Assembly (NCBI GenBank): GCA_951406725.2 | Contig: OX597828.1 | Coordinates: 74,586,001-74,650,000 of the forward strand | Origin: Octopus vulgaris | Lineage: Eukaryota | Length of the DNA stretch: 64,000 nucleotides | Direction: 5' to 3' | In this document: in pieces, positions 1 to 12,205 of the stretch | How positions within the stretch are numbered: position 1 is the stretch's first letter | Layout of the letters: every line of letters begins with the position of its first letter | Position numbers and translations under genes: made by a program | Notes under the pieces: model-generated | What the model saw: the letters and a program-made list of their open reading frames with translations, nothing else | Databases searched by the model: none | Told to the model about the DNA's origin: nothing

Positions 1-387
1 TAGGGAATCCGAAAGAGTTGAAACGAGAGAAGGGGACAAACTATCGTGTTTTAATAAATTGAAAATGGCTTCCTTCATTCTAAAGGCTGGCTAACGTCAT
101 GGTAGAGAAAACACTCTTTTACTGTCTCTGGTGGGGGTTTGGGGTTTGTGACAAGATTTGTCAATTAGGGAGCAGCTGACAGGAGTATATGGCTGTTGAA
201 TAGAAATATTTGGCTTAGGTGAATTGTGTTAAAGTATTTTATTGCTGGTTGGTAACCTGACAATGGGGGCAACAAGAGAGAAAAGAAGGAAACAAGGACA
301 ATAACAACATCAGCCAAATTAAGGAATTTGAAACTAGCGGGCTCAGTTTCTCAATTAACTTCACTTTTTCCTTCCCCTTACACACAC

Positions 388-436
<49 letters not shown>

Positions 437-1061
437 CCTTTACCTTTCTCTCTCCTTTCTTCCCATGCCCCAGCTAATGGTACCGTTAACTCGCAAAGAA
501 TTACGATCTTTCATTTGATGAATTTCAAAACATCTAGAACGCATGCGGTTAGCATGTAAAAGATATTTCATGTTGCGCCCTTCCTAACCCCCGACCATCA
601 TCGCAACACACACACACACGATTATTTTACTTTTTTCTTTACAATAGAAAATGGCTTGAGTACCCCACAATAATCTATAGAAAGTTCACAGAGTTGATTT
701 CTAAGAATTGTTTCTTCCTTTTTTTTTATTCTAAGAACAAACATCCCGAAATATATTTTGTGAAAATAATTTAAGGAATTGTATATTATTATCTCTTTAA
801 GACTACATATTTTAAAATCTAACGGAAAATCCACTATAAGGAGGAAATGGATTTTTATCACGCCAAAGACTCCACAAAAAGCAGTTTCTTTAGAATAGAT
901 GAAATATTCAGAATTTACCGAGTAGGTTTCACAGAAATGAGTTTTATTAGAGAAGATGTCACTGATACTATCCACGGAATCGATTCCACGAACCAGAATT
1001 TACAAATTACATTTCGAGGAACAGATTTCGAAGAGGAAATTCCAACTCCGAAGTAACTTTA

Positions 1062-1408
1062 CTCGACAGAGTAAATAGTTCGGAGATTAAGGATTCTCTC
1101 CAGGTTCATCCGCTACTTCTCCGCATTGAGAGGTCACAGCTCTGGTACAACAGATATATGGTTAGAAGGTCGTAGGAAAGAATCGCAAGACGCATTGTTT
1201 AAGCCAAGTCAACCGGCAGGAGACCTAGGTGTACACCAAGAACGAAATAGTTGGATAATATACTTCGTCTTGGTTGGTCACGCCTGGGATTCCAACGGAA
1301 AGGTTTAATGAAGCTTGCTTCTGATAGTCTCCTATGGGGGAGGTATCTAAGGACTTTACTCCGACCACTCTTCCAGGAAGAGTGAGCAGAGAAACCGGAT
1401 GGATGGAT
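1062..1408 (+). mobile_element. RTE-clade LINE 3' fragment (Expander/Rex3-like), decayed
   Basis: Manual translation LDRVNSSEIKDSLQVHPLLLRIERSQLWYNRYMVRRS*ERIARRIV*AKSTGRRPRCTPRTK*LDNILRLGWSRLG resembles RTE C-termini (PLLLxIERSQLRW...TGRRPRGRPRTRW). It ends in a (GGAT)n tail and has in-frame stops. Confidence 0.8.
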
Positions 1409-1526
1409 TCCCAACTCAGAAGCTTTTACAAAGATTACACGGAATTATTGTTCACGGAGTGGATATAACAGGACACAGATTTGGTGGTGTAGATTGCGTG
1501 AAATATATGTCATAGAATATATATTT

Positions 1527-1744
1527 ATTTCTTTATTACACACAGAGAGGACAAACAAGGACAGACAAACGGATTAAGTCGATTACATCAACCCCAGTGC
1601 TTAACTGGTACTTATTTAATCGACCCCGATAGGATGAAAAACAAAGTCGACCTCGGCGGAATTTGAACTCAGAACGTAACGGCAGACGAAATACCGCTAG
1701 GAATTTCGTCCGGCGTGCTAACGTCTCTGCCAGCTCGCTGCCCT
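1527..1744 (-). mobile_element. tRNA-derived SINE family A (Nin/Deu-domain-like core) with 19-bp TSD
   Basis: B-box-like GAGTTCAAATTC and a variant of the family A core (GTCGACTTTGTTTTTCATCCTATCGGGGTCGAT) on the minus strand. Direct repeat tgtcatagaatatatattt at 1508-1526 and 1745-1763. Confidence 0.85.
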
Positions 1745-2037
1745 TGTCATAGAATATATATTTCTTTTATAAAGTCCGTGGAATAGATTTCATGAGGTAA
1801 ACTTCAGAGGAAACACTTCATGGAACATATTTCACGGTACAGAGTTTGGGGATTAGATTTTATCATCGGGTAATTTCCAAGAATTATAAATCAAGTTAGA
1901 TGTAACAAAAGATTAAATTTCATGGAGTAAATTTTAGGGAGTAAATTTCACGACGTATATTTCACAATGTCGTTTGTACATGGAAAGATATCATGGAATA
2001 TTCCACAACAAATTATACAAAGCATATTTCATGATAG

Positions 2038-3364
2038 TTAACCCTTTGTCTGTCCAGTGTATCACATTTGACACACAGCACATATATCGCTGGTCTTCAG
2101 GCATGATATACATGATACGTATTCCCAATTTCCAGTCAACCACCAGAGTTGCGACTTATGGAAGGAAAGCTTTGTATTTCTTAAAACGTATGAAACAAGA
2201 AGTAACCAAAAGTCTGAAAACGAACATGGACGCTTTAGGCAAACTTACGGAAATGCTTTGGGCAGGCAAAGTGTTAGATCGTAACATCTGAGAGGATTTT
2301 GTATTCTTATGTAGTCTTCCGGTACACTCTTTGAAGTTCATTTTAAAATAATATAATTTTATACGGGGGTGGGGGTGGAGTTCTGGTGCTGTCTGGAAAC
2401 AGTCTTTCCAGATTTCTGAGAGCAATGCTGGTCAATAAACCACCTAAACATCTACAGACCACTGTACCTCACAAAACTGTTGACAGAGAAGGAATTAAAG
2501 GTACACATTCTTGTAAACTGGATACTGTAAAGATCCAAGGGGCGATCTATTTTACGACAACCACAGGAAAGAATTATAGCAATATTCACACGCGCAATAT
2601 TGATAGATGTTGCTCTTCTGTGTGAAGAACCAAAATTCTCAATATACACTCGCAAATAATCCTGTAGAAAATATGTACGTAGGTTCGATCGCTGAATACA
2701 AAACGTGGCTCCTGAGATCTCCATTGGGGTGGTTTTACCGAGTCACCTTCTCACACTTGTACGCCAATCTGTCACAAGGTTACCTATTTACAACTCAGTG
2801 GACGAGAGCAACATGAAATGTATTTCGCTCATGCATACAATGCACCGATCTCGCTATTGTGAGTGCAACACCCTAATCACAAAGCCATGGTGTAGTTTAT
2901 GTTTGTCTGAGAAATAGCATATCATAAACTGACACACCCCAATAAGAAACAGAAAGAGAACTGCTCTTCGCTTGTAAACATTGAATGAAATATTTGTTAC
3001 GTTTTTGAGGGCAACAAAGACATTATTATTGGCGTCACACATCACGTGAAACGTCTTTTTTCTTTCTTTTTTCACTCCAGTAACCATGAAAAGATTGTGT
3101 TGAACTTCACGGTAACTAAATTTCTGGATACTGGTGTGAACCCATGGTCTGGAGTTAGGTAAAGGTACTATATATGTGCACCACACACACAAACACACAT
3201 AAGCGATGTAAACACTGGCGAAGAAACGGAAAAAGTGGTGCATTTCGAATGTAATCCCTTACAATGTTTGTTTTACACCGAGGTACAATGATACTCCCTT
3301 GTCACTCTTGCCAATGGCAATAGACTGAACCAGAAATTTATCCACCGGAATTTTGTAACTAAAG

Positions 3365-3395
<31 letters not shown>

Positions 3396-3423
3396 TAGCT
3401 TCATTTTACTATCACAAGGTTAA
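2038..3423 (+). mobile_element. Possible decayed DNA transposon (piggyBac-like)
   Basis: Starts TTAA|CCCT. The interior is complex and coding-like but broken, with a Cys/His-rich remnant near 3175-3270, and it ends ...AAGG|TTAA. The TIR match is weak. Confidence 0.3.
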
Positions 3424-3844
3424 ACATACGAAGCGGAAGGCACACACACACACACATGCACACACAGAGTGTATATACGTAACAGACACAGACAGATAGC
3501 AGTAGTAGGTCATCAAAGTTGACAAGAAAAGTTCTTCCAGCCTAAACCATTTACAAGAGCCATGGGAAAGAATTTCAGCAATTCAGAAATGTGACGTCAT
3601 TGGTTGCAGATAAGATTTCAAAACGAAACGCGTAAATTGGAAGATTACCTCCATCTAGAATTTTCTGTCAATCCTCTCACACCCTCCTTCTCTCTCTTTC
3701 CCCCCCCTCTCTCTCTGTCTCTCTTTCACCCTTCTTTTTCCTTCACACCCATGTATCTATCGACATCCCTCTAGAATCCATGTCATTATCAGCGATATAT
3801 TGTCATAGCATGCGGTCATATGATTGAGAGGCACTGGATGTGTG

Positions 3845-3845
<1 letters not shown>

Positions 3846-3909
<64 letters not shown>

Positions 3910-4355
3910 TATATAGATAAATAGATGTGTATATGCACGCATTTGTATTTCTGTATGTATGCATTCATGTTTGTTTTATACACACACACACACTAAACAA
4001 ACATTATAATAGGCACTACACAGTTCGTTCTATTGATTATCATGCTATCATAATTATACTGTTTACACACATACACATACACACGCACACATATCCAGTA
4101 GCTAACATAATACTGTATATATCTGAAAGTATATATATATATATATATACACACACACAAACATATTTACATATACAATGTATACACACACACATATACA
4201 TATATATATATGTATACATACATACATACACATATATATACATGTTTATATACATTCATACCTACATACATACATACATGTATATACATACACACATGTA
4301 TATATACATTCATACATACATACTTTCATTGTATATATACATTCATTCATACATA

Positions 4356-4406
<51 letters not shown>

Positions 4407-4408
4407 AC

Positions 4409-4479
<71 letters not shown>

Positions 4480-4545
4480 TATACATACATACATATATAT
4501 ATGTATGAATATATGCATACGTATGTGCACACACACACACACATA
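3846..4545. repeat. Compound microsatellite block (TA)n/(TACA)n/(TATC)n/(CA)n
   Basis: Directly visible. It is the source of the spurious YI/HT-rich ORFs. Confidence 0.95.
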
Positions 4546-4939
4546 TTATGCAACATTGAGATAACGATACATAGATTATGTCGGTTGTTATCTGGCCACG
4601 GGATGACGTGATATATGGAAGACAGAGAGACATGAATATGGAGAGAGTGACGTGCATAAATCTAAGTCAACAGATCCCATTTAATTCTTGTTGATCCTGT
4701 TGTTGTTGTTGTTGTTGTTGCTGTTGCTGCCGTTCCTTTTATTGTACACCCCCATATACACACATTCGACCCCACCTCCCCGTCCCTAATGCAAAACATG
4801 GTATAAAAAAAACAAGCAATATTTAACAAACTGTCTTCTATTCGCCAAACACAGTTGACTCATTCTGTCATCCCCCTATTCTCTTAGTCTCTTATTCTCT
4901 TAGTCTCTTAGTCTCTTATTCTCACATTCACTCTCACTG

Positions 4940-5151
4940 TTACTCTTTTACTCTCTTTTACTTGTTTCAGTCATTTGACTGCGGCCATGTTGGAGCACCG
5001 CCTTTAGTCGAGCAAATCGACCTCAGGACTTATTCTTTATAAGCCTAGTACTTATTCTATCGGTTCTTTTGCCGAACCGCTAAGTTACGGGGGACCTAAA
5101 CACACCAGCATCAGTTGTCAAGCGATGTTGGGGGAGACAAACACAGACACA

Positions 5152-5223
<72 letters not shown>

Positions 5224-5376
5224 CGACGGGCTTCTTTCAGTTTCCATCTACCAAATCCACTCACAAGGCTTTGGTCGGCCCTAGGCTTTAGTAGAAGACA
5301 CTTGCCCAAGGTGTCACGTAGTGGGACTGAACCCGAAACAATTTAGTTCTTAAACAAGCTACTTACCACACAGCCA
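4940..5376 (-). mobile_element. SINE family B (tRNA head, internal TA/TG microsatellite, LINE-derived tail)
   Basis: Minus-strand head GGCTGTGTGGTAAGTAGCTTG...GGGTTCAGTCCC, then CCTTGGGCAAGTGTCTTC, then tail GGCGGTGCTCCAACATGGCCGCAGTCAAATGACTGAAACAAGTAAAAGAG. Several near-identical copies occur in the window. Confidence 0.85.
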
Positions 5377-5580
5377 TTCGTTTTTATTTCAGTCCAATTA
5401 TCCGGCCAACGTCTCCACCTCCACCATCACACATGTAACGTCGTACCCCCTCAGGCGTCCCACCGCCACCACGGATCAATCACAGAGCTGCTTCCTCGCC
5501 GTACCAACCCGACCAGCAAGAAATAGCAGCCAAATCACAAATCAAAACAGTACTGTATTATATAAAAGAACGCATTTGTC

Positions 5581-5902
5581 AATGTACTTCTTGATACATT
5601 GCTTCCGTAGCTCATTGGTCAATGTAGTCCTAGGTACATTGCGCTCCTCGAATAACACTGGCTAATGTGGTCCTTGATACATTATGCCTGAAAAACATTA
5701 ACGTAGTCCTAGATACAATGTACCCGAATAACACATTGAATAATGTTCTCCTAGATACACTGTGCCCAAATGACTTAGCCCGAATAGCACTTCATTTAGT
5801 CCGAGGTATACTCTGTCCGAATAACACTTCGGATCATATAACCCTAGATACTCTATGCCCGAATAGCACTTTGGGTTATGTAGTCCTAGACATACTGTGC
5901 TC
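5581..5902. repeat. Decayed ~40-42-bp tandem repeat (about 8 units)
   Basis: Recurring AATGTAGTCCTAGATACAytgTGCCCGAATAACAC. It produces the repetitive ORF at 5667-5960 (LDTLCPN repeats). Confidence 0.75.
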
Positions 5903-6084
5903 GTGTAGGGCACTGGTCGGCAGAAAGGGGAACTTCCGGTTAGGCGGGAAAGGAGGATGAGACGTGGATGGTCGACCGAATTCGCCCTCACCGTGTGTAG
6001 CCGAATGAAGCAGAAACAATACACAGATACTCTCTTGTTGTTGGTTGTTCTTGCGTATAGCTTAACTAAGCTACAAAAACCTCG

Positions 6085-6590
6085 GACAACGAATAAGTAC
6101 CAGTTACGCACTGGGGTCGATATAATCGACCAGCTCCCTTCCTCAAAATTTCAGGTCTTGTGCCTACAACAGAAAGGAATATTATTATTATTAAGGCGAC
6201 GAGCTGGCAGAAAAACGTTAGCACGCCGGGCTAAATACCTAGTGGTATTTCGTCTGCCGCTACGTTCTGAGTTTAAATTCCGCCGAGGTCGATTTTGCCT
6301 TTCATCCTTTCGGGGTCGATAAATTAAATACCAGTTACGCACTGGGGTCGATGTAATCGATTTAATCCGTTTGTCTGTTCTTGTTTGTCCTCTCTGTGTT
6401 TAGCCCCTTGTAGGTAGTAAAGAAATAGGTATTTCGTCTTCTGTTACGTTCTGAGTTCAAACGCCACTGAGGTCGACTTTACCTTCCATCTTTTCGGGGT
6501 CGATAAATCAAATACCAGCAATGCACTGGGGTCGATGTAATCGACTAATCCCCTTCCACGAAATCATTGGCCTTGTTCCAAAATTCGAAA
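6085..6590 (+). mobile_element. SINE family A cluster: truncated copy with (TTA)n tail followed by a dimeric copy
   Basis: Head ggcgacgagctggcag at ~6195. The second unit starts at the junction aaagaaata|ggtatttcgtc (~6428). Confidence 0.85.
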
Positions 6591-6869
6591 CATCAATATG
6601 ACGTCACTAACACTCCAGCCTCTGTCCCATAGACTTGCTGTGCTTCCTCCCTCTGCTTTTTCCCACTACTACTACATCGGTCTCTGTTCTTTACAAACAG
6701 CTGGTCTTGTGCCGCCATGCCCCACCACCACCACATAAGCAGTTGTCTCCCTTTCTTTCATCGCACAGAACTTGTGGCACTTATCATTCAACCCAAGGCC
6801 TTCCGGCGGTCGAAACCTTTGTGCACTATCCCTCTCTCCCTCCCTCTAAACTCATATAAAATCACAAAT

Positions 6870-6990
6870 GCCACCACCAACACAACCACCACCACCACCA
6901 CCACCACCACCACCACCACCACCGTCCACCACCACCACCACCACCACCACCGTCCACCACCACCACCACCACCACCACCACCACCACCAG
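6870..6990. repeat. (CCA)n trinucleotide repeat
   Basis: Directly visible. Confidence 0.95.
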
Positions 6991-7830
6991 CATAAACAGC
7001 AAGAAGCTCTTCCCCGAAACGATCCTACAATCATCGAATAAGTTCTTCCGTTTCCATGTCTTTAACCTTGGATTGGTCTCTGAGAGTTCTATGACGTCCA
7101 TAATGCCATGGCAATGACGTCATTGCTCCTCCTGCTACAACAGCTACTGCCACCGCCACTGCCGCATTTCGATACGAAATATCGATTTCTGTTTCATTTT
7201 CCAAACAACTGATTGAATTACAATGGACTGAACGATGTTGTTGTTGATGCTGTTGTTGCCTTTTAGCCCCAGGTCAGCTTCGATCCAGTAGACCTATGAT
7301 TAAAGATTTTTCGTGCCTGGGACCGTCCCAAGCATCAAACGCTACATTATCCAGTACAACATTCCCATCTTGTTAAAAATAAAAGCGTGCCAGCCGTGAC
7401 CATGCCATCTTTTAGACAAAAGCCATTCTAGGTTACACGATCCTCTATATGATTTACTTTTTATGGCAAAGGCGTTACAACTGTGACCATCTCTCCTTTA
7501 AAATAAAAAGCATCCAAAACTATTCTATCCAATATAGCATTCTTAATTTTAAGGCGTTCCAACTGTAACCATCTCACTGCTTCCAGAAGGATAGTGAATT
7601 ACCAGTCTTTAGGGCCACGCATAAAAGCCCTCACGGCATTCGCTTAAGCTCTTTGCGCGCTGAGTTCAAATGCCAGCGATGCCGAATTTCCATTTTTTTC
7701 TTGCAGGGTCAGTAAATGAAGCAGTGGCGGGAGTGGAATGGTGGCATTGTCCACGTGGCAGTGTTTGGATTTGTTCTGACGGGATTAAACTGAATCGGTT
7801 TTGCCCTTTCTCTTGGGCAGCATCGGTGGT

Positions 7831-8216
7831 GAACGAAGGTAAAGCGCGCGCACACCATCCATCAGACGAAAGGGAAACTTCCGGCGTTTTTAGCTTTTTG
7901 AAAACGGGGAGATGATGGGTGGGCGACGTTGGGGAAGGGGCCTCGAGTGTTTCTTTAAGAAAAATTGAAATTTAAAAAGAAAAAATCCCATATTCGTAAT
8001 CTCTGTATTTTTATACGTGGTTTAAAAAAAAAGAAGAATTCGGAAAAAGTTAAAAACTAAGGAAATGGGCGTGGGGTGGGAATTAAGATTTTGAAAACGT
8101 GATTTTTGGGTAAAATTGTATTCTTCTATATCGAAACATAGAAATCCGAAAAAAAAATTTGAAAAAAAAAAGAAAAAATCGGAAATGGGTGGCGTGCACG
8201 CGCTTTACCTTCGCTC
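7831..8216. mobile_element. Non-autonomous TIR element (MITE), 32-bp TIRs, apparent 6-bp TSD, inserted in an older SINE
   Basis: 7831-7862 gaacgaaggtaaagcgcgcgcacaccatccat matches the reverse complement of 8185-8216 (gagcgaaggtaaagcgcgtgcacgccacccat) at 28/32. Flanks are ggtggt and ggtggc. The joined flanks align to the SINE body at 43960-44120. Confidence 0.8.
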
Positions 8217-8709
8217 GGTGGCGCAGACAGGAGAGACTCACATGTATGGACACCTGTTGGTCTTCTTTAAATACATGACCCAGGCTCGAACCTTGGACCG
8301 GAAGTTTCGGAGTGCACGTCCATGGTGACAAGACATACACAGTTACAGGGTAATCTATTGATGCATGCTTTTGAGCGTGTTTATTTACACTGACTATTTT
8401 TCGCACGGTCACTTGATAAAGGCCGATGAAGGCTCGGACGAAGGGAAAGGTGTCTGCCCTCAATTCTTTCAGCCTCATCCACCACACGACCACTTTTGCT
8501 GTAGCCACAAACATCCGGACACTGCTTTCTGCACCTTGTTAAATGTAGAGAATCACATTGCGGTGTCTTAGAAAATGGGCAGATCAGATAATGTGATCTG
8601 GGTTGTTTTTGTTTTTTTTTGCACATAAGAAAAAGACGGGACAGTCACGGCTGGGATCCATTTGATCATGATTCTCGTCTATCATAATTTATTTGGGGTT
8701 AAACAACAG

Positions 8710-9068
8710 AAACACACACACAGGCACAAAACAAACAAAACGTCATACACACACACACACACACACAAAACATCCCATACACACACATCACACACATGCA
8801 CACACTCACACATACAAAATATCACACACACACTTGCACAAAACATCATACACACACAAAAAAAACACTCCACACACTCATACAAAACATCTCCCCACAC
8901 AAAACATCTCACGCACACGTACATAAACACACACACTCACAAAACATCCCATACACACACTCACACATACAACATATCACACACACACACACACACACAC
9001 ACTTGCACAAAACGTCATACACACACACACACACAATACCCCCCACACAATCATACAAAACATCACAT

Positions 9069-9155
<87 letters not shown>
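8710..9155. repeat. Degenerate CACAAAACATC(AC)n minisatellite ending in pure (CA)n
   Basis: Directly visible. Confidence 0.85.
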
Positions 9156-9160
<5 letters not shown>

Positions 9161-9253
9161 AACTAAAAATAAAGTCGAAATATGAAATTGTTCGTTTTGT
9201 GTCATTGAACGTGACAAGTAAGTTGACGTGTGAACTGGTCTCAGCAACTGTGG

Positions 9254-9396
9254 AGGTCAAAGGTTAAACTGATGACATGGGGTCACATCAACGAAATTAA
9301 GAATGTCAAGGTCGGACAGATTTCCTAGTGAAATAGGCGAAGGAAAGATAACCGGTGAGGGTCATAATTGGCGGGGCGAAGGGGAGCTCTATAAAA
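9254..9396 (+). promoter_or_regulatory. Candidate Pol II promoter/enhancer: nuclear-receptor half-site cluster, GC box, TATA box
   Basis: DR1 AGGTCA-A-AGGTTA at 9254-9266, GGGGTCA 9279-9285, TCAAGGTC 9306-9313, GAGGGTCA 9357-9364, GGCGGGGCG 9370-9378 and TATAAAA 9390-9396, all in non-repetitive sequence. Motif evidence only. Confidence 0.35.
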
Positions 9397-9653
9397 CTAT
9401 TTAATAATTGAGCTGATGAGGCGACCGTCACGTATTTGTTTGACAGGCGAGAAATAAGTCGGAATCTCGAATCATTTTCAAGGTGTTAATCGTCAAAGAG
9501 ACAACAGGGGGTTCTCCGTCTCTCTCGACGATGAGCATTCAGTTGTTCATGAAGATGAATTTATACGCGTGAAATTTGAGTGTGGGTGGCTGAGTATTCC
9601 TATTGGTATGTGCGATTCTTTAACGTAATTTTTGGATAGAAGCAGCACGACAC

Positions 9654-9735
<82 letters not shown>

Positions 9736-9744
9736 GGGGACTGT

Positions 9745-10318
9745 TGAATTTAATCGACCCCGAAAGGATGAAAGGCAAAGTCAACCTCGGCGGAATTTGA
9801 ACTCAGAACATAGCGGCAGACGAAAAACCTATTTCTTTACTACCCACAAGGGGCTAAAGACAAAGGGGACAAACAAGGCTTAAAGTAAAAAAAGAATATT
9901 TAGAGTGGAGTTGGCTGAACCGTTAGCACGCCGGGCGAAATGCTTAGCGGTATTTCGTCTCCCGTTACGTTCTGAGTTCAAATTCCGCCGAGGTCGACTT
10001 TGCCTTTCATTCTTTCGGCGTCGATAAATTAAGTACCAGTTGCGTACTGGGTCGATGTAATCGACTTAATCCGTTTGTCTGTCCTTGTTTGTCTTCTCTA
10101 TGTTTAGCCCCTTGTGGGTAGTAAAGAAATAGGTATTTCGTCTATCTTTACATTCTGAGTTCAAATTCTACCGAGCTCGACTTAGTCTTTTATCCTTTCG
10201 GGGTCGATTAAATAAGTACCAGTTATGCACTGGGGTCGATGTAATCGTCTTAATCTCTTTGTCTGTCCTTGTCTGTCCCCTCTATGCTTAGCCCCTTGTG
10301 GGCAATAAATAAATAAAT
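9745..10318. mobile_element. SINE family A: minus-strand partial multimer (9745-9880) adjacent to plus-strand dimer (9905-10318)
   Basis: Family A core on both strands. Dimer junction aaagaaata|ggtatttcgtc at ~10132. Confidence 0.85.
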
Positions 10319-10529
10319 ATGAGTGAATTGAAAGTTATTTAGCTGCTATTTCTAACACATCTCTCGGCCATATTGTGTCTGTCATTATTCGTCTCAAGTC
10401 AGTAGACGGATGTTGAAATGAATTTTTACTGACAGTTGTTAGCAGTTTAATTTGTGGGTTTCTAGGTTAATTGTAACCCCAACCTTATAACTCTCATCGC
10501 ACGGAAGGGTGTGTGTGTGTGTGTGTGAA

Positions 10530-10812
10530 GGGGTGTGGCTTAGTGGTGAGCGTAATCGGCTTACGGTTGTAAGGTCACGAGTTCGACTCCCAGCGACGCG
10601 TTGTGACCTTGAACGAGACTCTTTTTTTCACGTCGCACTAGTCTACTCAGCTGGCAAAAATGAGTAGTACCCGTAATTTCAAAAGGGGCCAGCCTTGTCA
10701 CATTCTGTGTCTGTGGAGTACTCAGCCACTTGCGCTTTTAAATTTCACAGGCGGCTGTTCCGTTGATCGAATCAACTGGAATACTCGTCGTCGTAACCAA
10801 CGAAGTGCCAGT
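10530..10812 (+). mobile_element. SINE family C (tRNA head plus CORE-like domain)
   Basis: A-box-like GTGGCTTAGTGG, B-box-like GAGTTCGACTCC, and CORE-like CCTTGAACGAGAC...CTACTCAGCTG. Related copies lie at 20115-20410, 43813-44131 and (minus) 55790-56040. Confidence 0.7.
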
Positions 10813-10820
10813 CTGATTCT

Positions 10821-10864
<44 letters not shown>

Positions 10865-10880
10865 TGTGTGTGTATAGTGT

Positions 10881-10923
<43 letters not shown>

Positions 10924-10934
10924 TGTGTGTGTTA

Positions 10935-11159
10935 TTAGGTTGCTGCATAATTATTGCGGCTTTTTTTTCAATAAATTTTATTCAACAAAAAAATTTAAAC
11001 AAAACGCCAGCTTAAATAAAATGCCAAGCAGTTACTGAGGTGGATGGTGAATATGCTCCGGAATAATCACTTTAAGAGGTTTTTGTTAAATGTTGTTATT
11101 GTTTTTGTTGAATAAAATTTATTGGAAAAAAAAGCCGCAATAATTATGCACCAACTTAA
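10935..11159. mobile_element. Mariner-type MITE with long TIRs
   Basis: TA|TTAGGTTGCTGCATAATTATTGCGGC ... GCCGCAATAATTATGCACCAACTTAA. The TIR resembles the Hsmar1/MADE1 end TTAGGTTGGTGCAAAAGTAATTGCGG. The inverted match extends about 60 bp. Confidence 0.85.
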
Positions 11160-11309
11160 TTACTATCTGTCACAGTAATGGAGAGCTGAAGCAATCGGTT
11201 CATAATTTCATAGAATAATTACCAATTTATGTAGAATTAATTTTAATGGTTCAAGTAATTGGTTCGGCTAGCGAGGAATTTACTGCGTCATAGAAGCACG
11301 CGCGCGCAA

Positions 11310-11342
<33 letters not shown>

Positions 11343-11384
11343 TAAATACACACACTTGTAATAGCACACGCAAACACTTGTATG

Positions 11385-12205
11385 CTCTTTTGTTTCAGGT
11401 TATGTATCACGGCCATGCTGGGGCACCACTTGGAAGGATTAATCAAAACAATCCGATCCCGGTGTATATTTTGAGTCTGGTATGTATATTCATTCTATCG
11501 TTCGCTTTTTATCGAATCGCTAATTTACAGGGACGTAAACAAACCAACACTGGTTGCCAAGCGGTTGGGTTGGGTGCCAAACACAAGGACGCACACGACA
11601 GGCTCCTATAGATTCCATTTCCCTAATTCACTCGTAAGGCATTGGTCAGCTTGGGATTATAGTAGAACACATTTGCCTAAAATGCTCGCAATGGGATCGA
11701 ACCCTCAACCAAGTGGTTGCGAAGCGAACTACTCAACTACACGTCCGTGTTTATTGTGCGTGCCTGCGTTTGTTTGTTTCGCCCTGGTACCGGACATTCG
11801 GGATGAGGAAGTGGTGTCCTCCATTGTGGTCTTTACAGAATTCGTAAATTCTTTTATTTGTTTCAGTCATTTGCCTGCAGGAATGCTGGAGCACTGCCTT
11901 CAGTCGAACATATTGACCCCGGGATTTATTCTTTGTAAGCCTAGTACTTATTCTATTGGGGTCTTTGACCGAACCGCTAAGTTACGGGGACGTAAACACA
12001 CCAATATCGGTTGTCAAGCGATGGTGGGAGACAAATATAGACACACAAACATATATATACGACGGGATTCTTTCAGTTTCCATCTACCAAATCCACACAC
12101 AAGGCTTTGGTCGGCTTGAGATCTATAGTAGGAGAACTTACCCAAGGTGCTACTCAGTGGAACTGAACTAGGAACCATGTGGTTGTGAAGTAAGCTTCTT
12201 ACCAC
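11385..12205 (-). mobile_element. Two SINE family B copies (older 11385-11745, younger 11850-12205)
   Basis: Same head, body and tail as 4940-5376. Confidence 0.8.

Larger units (their letters stand above)
660..2035. repeat. Highly decayed ~14-bp minisatellite (approx. GGAATAGATTTCAC), interrupted by an RTE fragment and a SINE
   Basis: Consecutive 14-mers at 1781-1864: gaatagatttcatg/aggtaaacttcaga/ggaaacacttcatg/gaacatatttcacg/gtacagagtttggg. Similar units occur at 840-1060 and 1420-1510. Confidence 0.55.

Noticed and set aside
3927-4657. Long ORFs rich in YI/HT/CV dipeptides (also 8662-9267, 39169-39752, 57901-58667, 62761-63323)
   Set aside because: They are translations of dinucleotide or tetranucleotide microsatellites, not genes.
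7756-7806. TGGCAGTGT resembling the miR-34 5' end
   Set aside because: Only the seed matches, the hairpin is poor, and the sequence lies within decayed SINE context.
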